Assembly (NCBI GenBank): GCA_963722305.1
Contig: CAVRKE010000001.1
Location: 501,549 to 565,548, forward strand
DNA from: Candidatus Levyibacteriota bacterium
GTDB lineage: Bacteria; Patescibacteriota; Microgenomatia; Levybacterales; UBA12049
DNA: 64,000 nt
Direction of reading: 5' to 3'
Positions 35,740 to 45,844 of this stretch are shown here, in pieces. The translations under genes and the position numbers were made by a program. Position 1 is the first letter of the stretch, and every line of letters begins with the position of its first letter. The notes under the pieces were generated by a model that was given only the letters and a program-made list of their open reading frames with translations, was not told where the DNA came from and ran no database searches.

Positions 35740-36639
35740 ATGGGAAAAATTAGAGTCAGAACTCTTGGCGACGAAAGCCAGGAAGAACAACAAAAAAACG
35801 AGGTCAAGAAAAAACACGAGGCTAAATTGAACGCAGCGAAATCCTCGACGAGAGGAAAGACGACCAAGGCTCCCGGCATGAAAGGCGGCGAAAGAGTGGT
35901 TTCGGTTGGCCCGAGCGAAGAAGAATTAGCCGCTTTGGATAATAAAGGGGTGGCAGAAGAGGGAGGGCTCCCGACAGCGCGCAGTGAAGAGAGCACTGGC
36001 GGGAAGGAAACCTCTGACAGGACCCCGACAAAAAAGCCTAAAAAGGAACAAAAAAACTTCCATTCGCAAAAATACGAGAAACTGTTAGCCGAAGTTGACC
36101 GCAGCAAGACTTATCCTTTAAACGAAGCGCTGGCGCTTTTGCAGAAACTGCAGCGGAAATCTTTTGACGAAACCGTTGAATTGCATGTTAATACCTTAAC
36201 CAGTGGTATTTCCGGCCAAATTACTCTTCCCCACGGCACCGGTAAAACCACCCGCGTCGCCATTGCCGACGACAAAATAATTGCCGAAGTCGAAAAAGGA
36301 GTGATTAATTTTGACGTTTTGGTGGCAGAACCAAGTATGATGCCAAAACTGGCCAAGGTGGCTAAAGTACTAGGACCAAGAGGCTTAATGCCAAACCCCA
36401 AAAACGGCACGATTTCGCCAAAGCCGGAAGAAGTGGCCAAAAAATATGCCGGCGGACAAATGAACTTTAAAACCGAGACCAAAGCACCGATTATTCACTT
36501 AACTGTCGGCAAAATTTCCTTTGGTCCGGAAAAATTAACCGAGAACATTGAAGCATTAATTGCCGCCATCAAAAAAACTAATATCGTAAACGTTACCTTG
36601 AAATCTACAATGAGCCCGGGGCTGAAGATAAAGATCTAA
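35740..36639 (+). CDS. rplA: 50S ribosomal protein L1 with a ~110-aa Lys/Glu-rich N-terminal extension
   Basis: TLPHGTGKTTRVAI, VLGPRGLMPNPKNGT. ATG at 35740, directly after the rplK stop. Confidence 0.85.
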   Translation: MGKIRVRTLGDESQEEQQKNEVKKKHEAKLNAAKSSTRGKTTKAPGMKGGERVVSVGPSEEELAALDNKGVAEEGGLPTARSEESTGGKETSDRTPTKKPKKEQKNFHSQKYEKLLAEVDRSKTYPLNEALALLQKLQRKSFDETVELHVNTLTSGISGQITLPHGTGKTTRVAIADDKIIAEVEKGVINFDVLVAEPSMMPKLAKVAKVLGPRGLMPNPKNGTISPKPEEVAKKYAGGQMNFKTETKAPIIHLTVGKISFGPEKLTENIEALIAAIKKTNIVNVTLKSTMSPGLKIKI

Positions 36640-36684
36640 GCCTCAATTTGACAATTTTTTACCTCAGTAGTATTATCCGCAAGT

Positions 36685-36942
36685 ATGCCATGCCTACATG
36701 AATTGGGTTTAGTACGAAGAATTAAAAATACAGGCACACATATCGCACGATCGATTGACAGATTTGAACTGAAGGTTGAAGGGCTTAGTTCAAGGCAAAA
36801 AAGACAAATTTATTTTGTTATAGTAGCATTTATGTTAGCTACTGTAGGTTCCATTGGCGCAGTTGCAGGTAATGACTTAGGCGCTGCGATGCCTTTCTCC
36901 GGAGCTGCCGCATCGATATTTGGTGCAGCCATGAACTCCTAA
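36685..36942 (+). CDS. hypothetical small membrane protein
   Basis: 85-aa ORF with one hydrophobic segment and a Gly/Ala-rich C-terminus. First gene of the inserted island. Confidence 0.3.
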   Translation: MPCLHELGLVRRIKNTGTHIARSIDRFELKVEGLSSRQKRQIYFVIVAFMLATVGSIGAVAGNDLGAAMPFSGAAASIFGAAMNS

Positions 36943-36989
36943 CTCGGCCTATTGACAACCAACCACCTCAGCATTAAAATCCGCTCAAT

Positions 36990-37844
36990 ATGATAAGAGA
37001 ATTTGGAACATTTCGACCTCTGTCTCCCAGCCTAATAGGTGATCCACAATCACCGGGACAAGCTAGTCCTACTAAAGATTCTGATGGCCGCTTAGCTCCG
37101 CAGGAGCGCCGTATTAAACTGCTTGCTGCTCTTTGCGAAAAAGGACTGTTTAAAGCGGTCGCTGCCTTGGAAAAAGAACAACCGACGAATGATCTTAAAT
37201 ATCGTTCCTGGGAATTAGTCAGGCACGGTAGAGCGGCAGAAGTGGTTGGAACAGTTTTAGGCCCGGACGGAAAACCAATACGTTACAACGGTTTTGAACC
37301 GTATTTTCTCGGTCTTCCGGCAGAGAAAATTGTCAAGCGGGAAATCGAATTAGGCCATCATCTTGCAGCTGAACTTAAGTTGGAACATCCAAAGGGCAGA
37401 ACAATAGAACTAAATCAACAGGAACGGGAAGTTATAAAAGCTTTACGCGGTGAGGAAATATCCCATTCCCACATTATTCAGGTATTAAAAGACCTTGATT
37501 GCGTTTTTCAAGTTGTTCATAATAGGGCAAAAGGCGGTTTAATTTGGGAAGGCATCCGGTTCCGGGACCACACGCATGACATTGTTGAATCAAGCCAACC
37601 TTACGAACCAGTCGTTAAAAATACGGTTGTTCATGTAGAAAACGCGGAAGACAGAAACGCTCTTATCTTACTGGGTGAAATCGGCATTATAGGCCATCCA
37701 GCACTTAGAGAAATCGTTGAGGGTATTCCTTTTAGATTTGAAGAAGAACCAAAACCTGTTATAGTCGTAGACGAGGCAACACATCGAAGGCTTAACGCCG
37801 CGGTGCATACTGGTGAAAAAGGACCGCCTGATGAACTTGCCTAG
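36990..37844 (+). CDS. hypothetical protein
   Basis: 284-aa ORF with no recognisable motif. Confidence 0.45.
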   Translation: MIREFGTFRPLSPSLIGDPQSPGQASPTKDSDGRLAPQERRIKLLAALCEKGLFKAVAALEKEQPTNDLKYRSWELVRHGRAAEVVGTVLGPDGKPIRYNGFEPYFLGLPAEKIVKREIELGHHLAAELKLEHPKGRTIELNQQEREVIKALRGEEISHSHIIQVLKDLDCVFQVVHNRAKGGLIWEGIRFRDHTHDIVESSQPYEPVVKNTVVHVENAEDRNALILLGEIGIIGHPALREIVEGIPFRFEEEPKPVIVVDEATHRRLNAAVHTGEKGPPDELA

Positions 37845-37908
37845 AATCCCTTTCCGTTCGGTTTGACAATAAACCGCCAACACAGTAAAATCCCCACATT
37901 ACTAAATT

Positions 37909-40089
37909 ATGAGCGTAGAGCAGCACAGACGCACCAACAGAGAGACTCTTGCCGAGGCTTTTTCGCTTGAAAAACAAGCCGCGGGCGCAATAGCGGGGAG
38001 ATTACATTTAATACCGCTACATGAAAGACAAGAAACGGAAACTGTTAAGCTGACTTTTGCATCATTCGGAGTAGTAGGCGCATGCGGCCAAACCGGCCGG
38101 CTTTATATCGAGAGGACTGCTCTTGGCTCCCCCACTCTTCCCATTACTGCAGTTGATTTGGTAGAGCCTACGAAAAGAGGAATAGAATTCCCCGACAGCG
38201 TTAAATTTTCTAGCGATTTAGCTTCAATTTTGCAAAGAAAAGACAGACCCGAAGCTTTTATTCTTGCGACCACTAATCCCATTGATAAACTACTTGAAAC
38301 TTTTAGAGATAACCTTGACGACAGACATATCACTTTGATTCTTCCTCAAAATGGAGTTGACGTTGTACCAAAAGCTCAAGAAATATTAAAAGGTAAAAAC
38401 GTAACTTTAATAAGAGCAAGCTTATTTACACCGGTTGATACTGAGCCGGATGGAAAAATTAAATATCCGGAGGACAAATTAAGAATAGGGCTTTCTTTAG
38501 TCAGGCCGGAAGGAGATATTGCCGATCCCGAAAAAGAGAAAGAACTTCAAAAGGCGGTAGAAACGTTTAGACGAGGAGGTTTTGACGCTAAAATTTTTGA
38601 GAACTATGTCAGCATGGAATGGACAAAGTTAGTTTTGAATGCGGTTGGCATAACAGGAGGTATTGTCGGCATTTCACCAAAAGAAGTTTACAATGACCAC
38701 GCCCTGTATCTACTGGAAACGCAGGCGCTGCACGATAGATTAAGAATTTTGGAAGCAGCCGGAATTAAATTAGAACATATTCCCTGGGGCGGAGCCGCAC
38801 TTTTACCTACATATGATTCTCTCCCTGGACTAATAAGAAAAAGTCATTTGGCGCAATTCCTTTATGGCCAGAAAGTGATTGCCGGCAGAGGGAATAAGCC
38901 TTCATCGGTTGGAATCAATATTCAAAAAGGAACCCCAACTGAGGGAATTACTTATCTTGAACCATTTGTCAAACTTGGAGAAACGGTTGGACTGCGATCA
39001 ATTGTCGATGAAGCGATGATTGAAATCATTCAAGGAAATTATACATTTATAACTCGTCGCAAAAACGACGTTGATACTCAAGAAAGAAAAATTGATTTGG
39101 CAGATTTTAGCCTCGAAGAGAGAAGAACGCTTTTGTTTGAAACTATTAGAAAACTAAGCCAAAAACCGCCAACCCGCCTGGACCGACTTGAAGGCAGAAT
39201 ATTTGCCGAAGGAGCGAAAAGATTTCTTCGTTACAGGATTATTGATCCACGCAACTACAGAGAGCGAACAGCTGAAGTTTTGCATCCAAAAAATGCTGAA
39301 GAAAAACCAGGTGAGGTGGTTGAAGGATTAAATCATGGAGACATGTCTGACTCTATTCACGGAATGGAATTAAATTTCACGATAGATGATATTGCCCATG
39401 CCTATGGCATGGATACTTTTTGGCATTACGATCGAACAAGAGGAAAAAAATATACCAGACTTTATGCTTGGGTAGAAGCTAAAGTGACAGCGGCAACCGG
39501 TATGCGAACCTACCACATCTTAAGGGAAAAAGATTTTGAATATTACCGAACCCACCGCGGAGCTATAGAAGGAAAAGCTCCTGAAGAATATAGCGGCCCA
39601 TCCTACAGAAAAATCAGGGAAAGACTTAAAAAAGAAGGCGGAATTTTTCTAATTGCTCCAGAGGCAACCAGAACTTTAACCGGCGAGCTAAATAGAGCTC
39701 AACCTGCAGGACTATTTTTAGAAACAAAGGACTTCAAGGAACGGGGCGTTTATCTTCCGGTAGGACTTGTCCCGACTTCTATCAAAGTCCCTTATCCCGA
39801 GAGAAGAAGTCTCGCCCAAAAAGCTAAACGCTTTTTGGCTAAAACAGAAATTAGAGTAGGAAAGCCTGTAACCTACGCTGAAATTATCCAAGATATGACA
39901 ATTGTCAATGAAGGCATAAAAGCTGTAAATAACCAAAGAGGAGAAAATGAGCAACTCGAATTAATGACCATAAGCGACATGATGATGCTTTATATCGCTA
40001 GGGTTCTTCCTCCACAGTATTGGGGATACTATAAAGAATACGTTCAATTCATGCCAAAAAATAATGGCAACGCTCCCCTAGCCACCTAA
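37909..40089 (+). CDS. two-domain protein: N-terminal ketopantoate-reductase (ApbA/PanE)-like fold, C-terminal acyltransferase-like region
   Basis: Rossmann-like GVVGACGQTG and WTKLVLNAVGITGG (PanE-like). C-terminal IFLIAPEATRT resembles the FPEGTR block of glycerolipid acyltransferases. Confidence 0.45.
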   Translation: MSVEQHRRTNRETLAEAFSLEKQAAGAIAGRLHLIPLHERQETETVKLTFASFGVVGACGQTGRLYIERTALGSPTLPITAVDLVEPTKRGIEFPDSVKFSSDLASILQRKDRPEAFILATTNPIDKLLETFRDNLDDRHITLILPQNGVDVVPKAQEILKGKNVTLIRASLFTPVDTEPDGKIKYPEDKLRIGLSLVRPEGDIADPEKEKELQKAVETFRRGGFDAKIFENYVSMEWTKLVLNAVGITGGIVGISPKEVYNDHALYLLETQALHDRLRILEAAGIKLEHIPWGGAALLPTYDSLPGLIRKSHLAQFLYGQKVIAGRGNKPSSVGINIQKGTPTEGITYLEPFVKLGETVGLRSIVDEAMIEIIQGNYTFITRRKNDVDTQERKIDLADFSLEERRTLLFETIRKLSQKPPTRLDRLEGRIFAEGAKRFLRYRIIDPRNYRERTAEVLHPKNAEEKPGEVVEGLNHGDMSDSIHGMELNFTIDDIAHAYGMDTFWHYDRTRGKKYTRLYAWVEAKVTAATGMRTYHILREKDFEYYRTHRGAIEGKAPEEYSGPSYRKIRERLKKEGGIFLIAPEATRTLTGELNRAQPAGLFLETKDFKERGVYLPVGLVPTSIKVPYPERRSLAQKAKRFLAKTEIRVGKPVTYAEIIQDMTIVNEGIKAVNNQRGENEQLELMTISDMMMLYIARVLPPQYWGYYKEYVQFMPKNNGNAPLAT

Positions 40090-40510
40090 CCCTTGACGGA
40101 AAAATAAATATGAATTAATATCCACATCATGTCAATTGAAAGAAAACATTTAAACAGACTTGAAGCTTGGAAAAAAGGCGAACCATATCGTAGAGCTGTT
40201 GATCTAACGCGTAGCGATGGCTACAATCCATCCATTCCCCATCCCCACAGCTAAAAGGAGACCGTTTTATCGAATCTTCAGAATGGGCCATGAATAGAGG
40301 GCTTATTGCGGCTGCATTTTCTTTCTTAAGCTATCTTTCTGGGAATGAGCGGGCAGGTACAGCGGCAGCGGCGACAGCGGCTGTTTTTATCTTAAGCTCC
40401 ATTATTCTTTATAATCTATCCAATTATTCAAACCCAAACTAAGGCACCTATACCTTGAAGACAAGTAAGACATGCTCATGTTAAATTTCTGTCTCGAAAT
40501 AGATTAAGTC

Positions 40511-42185
40511 TTAAGGTTGACTTCTTTGAGGTAAAGTTGGCAATGAATCTTTCGTTGCTTCCCATTCTTTAAGAATCTGAATAACTCTTTGGTTCTCACC
40601 TGCTGTGGGATCTAATATAGCCTCTTCCAAGTTAAGCATAGCCACGTTATACAGTTTGCCAAACTCTCTAACAAAATTTGCATCATGTCCCTTGCTCAGA
40701 GACCGTTCATGTGAGATTTCATGAAGATAAGTTTCAAGTGCAGTTGAAAACGCTTGATGGATTCGTTCTTGTGCTTCCCACAAGAATTCAGGCGTATAAT
40801 GCCCATGGAAAATACTTTTTTCCTTAGCAGCGCTAAACATCCAGATTTGAGGAGTTTCCTTAATTCCCATTATTTCTCCGGCAAATTCCCTTAGCAATCC
40901 CGTTCTTGTGTTTTCAGCTTCTGAAGGCTCAATTCTAAAATGACTCATTAGATTTTTAACAGCTTCTGCCGTTGTAGTCATTCCCAAATCTGCCATTGCA
41001 GGATGACAAAGAACATAACCTGCTCCTTCTAGAGCTAGGTCATAGTCACCAAACGCCTCGTTGCTTATGGCGACATATTGAGAAGGAAATTCTAGCGGTT
41101 GTCCGTGATATTTTTCGACATAAGCATCCACCATCGCTCCCAATAATTGCCCTGGTATTGAAATATCGTAAATTGAATTCATGAAGTCTTCCCCCATAGC
41201 CAATGCGTTTGCCATGCCCTTTTTTGTCCGATCGGGATCGTCTACGCTTTCTATGTCTACCGATTTAGGACCTCCTGGAACCAATGGTTTTTTTCTTCCA
41301 TACCAAAAATCGGGATTATTGACTATAGTGCTTCGTATTTCTTCCTCTGTCATTCCAGCTACAATTTTCGGAATAACGTCTTCTTCTATTTGTCCTTTTG
41401 TTACAGCTCCTCGGTCTCGATCCGCACTTAAAAACTTTTCCCTTAGTCCATAGTGTTATGTCTTCAATTGCATTGTAACCTCCGCCACTCTTATCACCCA
41501 GAAATAGAAGATCTTGACGAAAATGACGTCTTTGTCCAGCTTCGTAAATATTACCTTTTTTGCCTTTGTGGAGCTTAAAGCCTCCAACTTCGGGATTGCT
41601 ATATGTGGGATTTCTAAAGTCAGGATTTTCGCTTGAATAGAAAAGATTTCTTGTTTCAAGAAATGTTTTTGCCATTCCTGGTGTTGGAAACTTAACACTA
41701 AACCTACTTCCGGCTTGATAATGAACTCTTTCTACTCTTGCATAGAGGCCTTTCGTGGGTTCATCGCCAATTCTATAATCAGGAACATCATTTAGATAGT
41801 AGGTTAAACGCCAGTCTCCCGATTCGTGCACTACTTGATTAGCTCCCATTCTTGTCAACATGATTAGCGCGGCGACTTTTGCTCCTTCCCGATATCCTCC
41901 CGCAGATGAATCATCCATAGATTTTGTTCCTCCGCCCATATGCATTAAATGTGAATAGTCGTATTCACCTGAACCGCCTATTAAAACTTGGACTCCGTGT
42001 TCGGTTTTGGTTTGAGAATGGATAACTCCGTCTAGTGTGCCACCTTGCCCATCAAAGAAGTTTTGCCATACATCTCGAGCGGTTTTTTCATCATCCCAAG
42101 GAACGTTGTATGTTGTAAGTAAGCCAAGATATCTATTTTCAATTACCGAAGACCTTATTTCGCCTGATGGTATTGGATCTGGCAT
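40511..42185 (-). pseudogene. ~560-aa gene split by a frameshift: N-terminal region with GHKL-ATPase-like Gly-rich boxes, C-terminal region with HExxH
   Basis: ORFs 41316..42185 and 40511..41353 overlap. The downstream frame stays open upstream of its Met (FLSADRDRGAVTKGQIEEDVIPKIVAGMTEEE), and the frames meet at an A4/T5 homopolymer near 41440-41460. Motifs: FFDGQGGTLDG, GGTKSMDDSSAGGYREGAKVAAL, LHEISHE. Confidence 0.5.
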
Positions 42186-42263
42186 AGCAATCTAATTGTT
42201 GTATATTACGAATGTAATTGCAAGCATATCTCGAGCATAATCCATGCTTGAGTTTTATTCTTT

Positions 42264-43115
42264 CTATGTTCCCGTCCAAATCCCAGCAATCATTCCCTTG
42301 CTTTGTAATAGATCAATTGTGGTTACTGCAAAATTTAGATGGTGTTCAAAAAGCGTTTCTTCAACTTTTTGTTTAATAAATTTTAAGAGAAACTTTTCCA
42401 TTTGCTTATCTGGAAGTACAAAAAGAATAATTGTATTAGCTGCTGTTGCTCCTTTGTAGTCTGAATATTCAATATATTGTTGTACTCTGTATCTTAAATA
42501 GTACCTTGGAGTCTTTTCTCCAATTAATTCAAGGTAATATAAATAGTCTTCTTTATCCTTAACTTGTTTTTTAAGCTTATTAATAGCTGTTGTTAATTTA
42601 ATCTTTTTCTTTATATAGTCGTCAATGATTGCAGGAGATGTTTTTAAAGATATTGCACAATCAGGATATGGTTCTATTATTACATCGTCTTCGTAGAGCT
42701 CCTGTTTTGTTTTAAAGAAGTTTAACGCATTAAGATCTTCAGTTTTACGTAGAGTGTCTAGGTAAAGATTGGCAATTACTGAACATCTACTTCTAAACTC
42801 TTCACTTCTTTCTTTTTCTCTGTAGAATTTATGAGCTGTATCATAGTCGATGTTATATCTAACAAACCTGACACCGGTTGGCGCTAAGAAATACACTGCC
42901 GGTTGAAGATTGAAAGGTGTTTTTCTGTCATAGATACGGTATAGATAGTCATTTTCTACTAAGTTTTTAAGCCATACGTTAATTCTTTTATAGTCCTTAT
43001 GTTTCATTATGGTTTGTATTTGAATTCTGTTTAGGAATCTGAATTTATGAATTAGTTTTAGTATTTCTTTTTGTTTTTCTGAGATGTAGGGTAGTTCGTA
43101 AGACCATTTTTTCAT
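42264..43115 (-). CDS. replication-relaxation family protein (plasmid/integrative-element type, winged-helix N-terminus)
   Basis: ISEKQKEILKLIHKFRFLNRIQIQTIMKHKDYKRINVWLKNLVENDYLYRI matches the N-terminal wHTH pattern of this family. Very AT-rich gene. Confidence 0.5.
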   Translation of the reverse strand: MKKWSYELPYISEKQKEILKLIHKFRFLNRIQIQTIMKHKDYKRINVWLKNLVENDYLYRIYDRKTPFNLQPAVYFLAPTGVRFVRYNIDYDTAHKFYREKERSEEFRSRCSVIANLYLDTLRKTEDLNALNFFKTKQELYEDDVIIEPYPDCAISLKTSPAIIDDYIKKKIKLTTAINKLKKQVKDKEDYLYYLELIGEKTPRYYLRYRVQQYIEYSDYKGATAANTIILFVLPDKQMEKFLLKFIKQKVEETLFEHHLNFAVTTIDLLQSKGMIAGIWTGT

Positions 43116-43400
43116 ATGTTTTTTGTTTTTAAGAGGCAGTTATTGTTTTTAGTTTAGTTTTGAGGGCAGAGGTTTTATTGTTTAGTATTATATCATTTTA
43201 GCGGATTTTAGAGTTATATCTTTATTTATATTTATATAAATAGAAAAGAGGGAATAACCCAGGATGTGATTTTAGACATTATTCGGCTAATTTAATGGAA
43301 AAATAGACACCACCCCCGCCCTAGCCGAATAGGGCAAAAAGAGTACTTACGTAGGTACTATTTGAAAGCTATGATATACTTTAATTTAATGAAAAAGAAA
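43116..43400. other. AT-rich, repeat-containing non-coding region upstream of the replication-relaxation gene (origin-like)
   Basis: TTTTAG/TTTAGTT iterations, TTTATTTATATTTATATAAATAG, inverted repeats ATTCGGCTA ... TAGCCGAAT and GCCCTA-gccgaa-TAGGGC. Confidence 0.35.
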
Positions 43401-43494
43401 CTGTTGGAGAAAGATAAAAAATTATTAGAGTTTGTAAAGATGGGTGGACGTGAGGGAGCAAAAAAAGATTTCCTATCTTTACTTAAAAAAGCAG

Positions 43495-44385
43495 CTAAAC
43501 CTTTAAAGTCTTAACCTCTGCAACTTGTCTTAGTAGCATTTCAAACATTTTTCCCTGATTGTTTCTCTGATTATATCGCCAAGCATATTCGTTGACATAA
43601 CTTTGGAGATATTTCTTTGAAACAACTCTATAAACTCCCGTAATTCCTCTTTTTAACTGAGACCATACCCCCTCAATAGTATTATTGTGAATAAATCCTC
43701 TTACATATTCTCCGCTTGAATGATTAACTTTGTCATGGTCGTAGTATCCAAAGTCATACAGGTTTTTATACGAAGCAAGTTCATCTGTCATGACATGGGC
43801 TTTAGGACTGACATTTTGTTTTATCTGGTTTATCAGCGTCCATTTTCCAGTATTGGGAATATGTTTTAAGTATGCCTTGCCACCCCTTTCAACTGCTCCC
43901 CAAACTACTTCCTTAGGTATTTCGTTGAAGTTTGGTTTTGTAGCTCTATTCTTACCCTTACCACCGATATATGTTTCGTCTATTTCAACAATCCCGCTTA
44001 AAAGTCCACCTTCCGTTTCTGCCATTAACATTCTGATTTGTTTAAACATTCTCCACGCCGTCTTATATGTTACCCCTAACATTCTCTCCAATTGTTTGGC
44101 CGATGTTCCGGATCTAGTTGTAACCATTAAATACATTGCAAAAAACCAAAGATCAAGTGGAGTACTGGTTTTTTCAAAGATAGTACCGGCCAGTGGATAG
44201 ATCTGAAACCCACAATACTTACAAGCATATGAGGTTCTATTGGTTACGGGATAGAAGACTGAAAGACTTTTACATTTAGAACATTCCATCTCATCTGGGA
44301 ATCTTAAGCGTTTAATAGCTTCCAGGCACTGTAAATGTGTACCGTATTTTCGCTTAAATTGTCTGAGGCTAAACTTCTTATTCAT
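43495..44385 (-). CDS. IS1595-family transposase (ISXO2-like subgroup), distinct from the 29423 copy
   Basis: Zinc-ribbon CSKCKS...CKYCG, then IVEIDETYIGGK, VMTDELASY and HNNTIEGVWSQLKR DDE_Tnp_IS1595 motifs. IS ends not resolved. Confidence 0.8.
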   Translation of the reverse strand: MNKKFSLRQFKRKYGTHLQCLEAIKRLRFPDEMECSKCKSLSVFYPVTNRTSYACKYCGFQIYPLAGTIFEKTSTPLDLWFFAMYLMVTTRSGTSAKQLERMLGVTYKTAWRMFKQIRMLMAETEGGLLSGIVEIDETYIGGKGKNRATKPNFNEIPKEVVWGAVERGGKAYLKHIPNTGKWTLINQIKQNVSPKAHVMTDELASYKNLYDFGYYDHDKVNHSSGEYVRGFIHNNTIEGVWSQLKRGITGVYRVVSKKYLQSYVNEYAWRYNQRNNQGKMFEMLLRQVAEVKTLKV

Positions 44386-44443
44386 AGCCTCATTATACAG
44401 TATTATTTACTTGTTGTCAAGGGATAAGTACCCAAACTAACTC

Positions 44444-44472
44444 TTGACGCTATAAAACTCTTCTGCTAAACT
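44444..44472 (+). promoter_or_regulatory. candidate sigma70-like promoter for the rplJ leader (TTGACG-17-TAAACT)
   Basis: Sequence match only. Confidence 0.3.
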
Positions 44473-44588
44473 GTTAAAACCTAAGACAGCGAGTCGAGCG
44501 GAGCGAGATCCTGAGCGCTAGCGAAGGACGAACTTCAATCCATAAATCTCGCCGAGGAGAAACTAAGTTCATTTTGAACTTAAAGTAA

Positions 44589-44609
44589 CTCGCTTAGGCG
44601 AGTTTTTTT
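44589..44609 (+). terminator. intrinsic terminator/attenuator hairpin in the rplJ leader, ending at the rplJ start codon
   Basis: CTCGC-TTAG-GCGAG followed by TTTTTTT and then ATG at 44610. Confidence 0.55.
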
Positions 44610-45452
44610 ATGGATACAAATACCAAAATCAGCACCAACCGGCCCACCAACACTAAAGTTACGGCGGGCAGGCAGAAGAAAATTGAAGTCGTTGCCAAGC
44701 TTAATGAAAAGTTAGCCAAATCCAAGGCAATTATCTTCACCAACTACACAGGGGTCACCCACAAGCAGCTGGAAGCCCTGAAAAGAGCGATTAAGCCAAT
44801 GCAGGCGGAATATGTCGTCGCCAAAAATTCTTTGATTCTCAGGGCTTTGGACGAAAACAAAATCAAGCTTGAGGGCGAAAATCCGCTGCAAGGCCCAACC
44901 GGAACGCTTTTGATTTATGCCGACTATATTGAACCGCTCAAGCAGCTGGCCAAAACCATGAAGGAACTGGGGCTTTTAAACATTAAGCTTGGTATTATGG
45001 AAAATCAGTTTTTAAGCGGCGAGCAAATCTTAAAAATTTCCGCTCTTCCGCCGAGAGAAACCTTACTCGCTCAAGTTGCCGCCGGCTTAAAGTCCCCTAT
45101 TTCCGGTTTACATCGGGCTTTGAACTGGAATTTACAGAAATTAGTGATGACACTTAAGGCTGTTGCCGATAAAAAACCCGCAGTCGCTGCAGTTCCGGTT
45201 CAAACTGTTCTGACCGCGAATCCGACAGAACCCGAATCAGTCATGGCGGAAACCGTAGCCGAAAAAACTGCTGAAACAGCACCCGCGGAACCTAATCAGC
45301 CGGCGGCCGAACCAAATATTACCGAGCCTGAAACAATCGGGGCAGAAACCGAAGCAGAAGTAGTCGCCGAACAACCAGAGAAGGATAATCCTACAATTGA
45401 AGCAGAGAAAAGTGTCGCGTCAAACGCGATTGGCGAAGGGGGTGAGAATTGA
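44610..45452 (+). CDS. rplJ: 50S ribosomal protein L10 with ~100-aa acidic Ala/Glu/Pro/Thr-rich C-terminal extension
   Basis: L10 core ([24 protein letters not shown]...YVVAKNSL). Stop overlaps the rplL start. Confidence 0.85.
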   Translation: MDTNTKISTNRPTNTKVTAGRQKKIEVVAKLNEKLAKSKAIIFTNYTGVTHKQLEALKRAIKPMQAEYVVAKNSLILRALDENKIKLEGENPLQGPTGTLLIYADYIEPLKQLAKTMKELGLLNIKLGIMENQFLSGEQILKISALPPRETLLAQVAAGLKSPISGLHRALNWNLQKLVMTLKAVADKKPAVAAVPVQTVLTANPTEPESVMAETVAEKTAETAPAEPNQPAAEPNITEPETIGAETEAEVVAEQPEKDNPTIEAEKSVASNAIGEGGEN

Positions 45453-45844
45453 TGGCAAAATTAAAACAGGAAGAGTTATTAAAAGCAGTTGAAGAAATGT
45501 CAGTTCTCGAACTCTCTGAATTCGTCAAAGCTCTGGAAGAAAAATTCGGAGTTTCGGCAGCCGCTATGGCAGTAGCCGCACCGGCAGCCGCAGCCGCTCC
45601 GGCAGAAGCTGGAGAAGCAGCGGAAGAACAGACAGTCTTTAACGTCGTTATTGCCAACGGCGGAGCAACCAAAATCGCAGTCATTAAAGCTTTAAGAGAA
45701 TTAGTCCCAACCCTGGGACTCTCGGAAGCCAAAGGACTGGTCGATACCGCTCCGAAGGAAGTAATGACAGCCGTTAATAAGAAAACAGCAGAAGAAGCTA
45801 AAACAAAATTAACAGCAGCCGGAGCTACAGTAGAACTTAAATAA
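45449..45844 (+). CDS. rplL: 50S ribosomal protein L7/L12
   Basis: N-terminal dimerisation helix, Ala/Pro-rich hinge, C-terminal domain [36 protein letters not shown]. Confidence 0.9.
   Translation: MMAKLKQEELLKAVEEMSVLELSEFVKALEEKFGVSAAAMAVAAPAAAAAPAEAGEAAEEQTVFNVVIANGGATKIAVIKALRELVPTLGLSEAKGLVDTAPKEVMTAVNKKTAEEAKTKLTAAGATVELK

Noticed and set aside
43389-43514. 41-aa Lys-rich + strand ORF overlapping the end of the IS1595-like transposase
   Set aside because: Very short with AT-rich codon bias. No support beyond an open frame.
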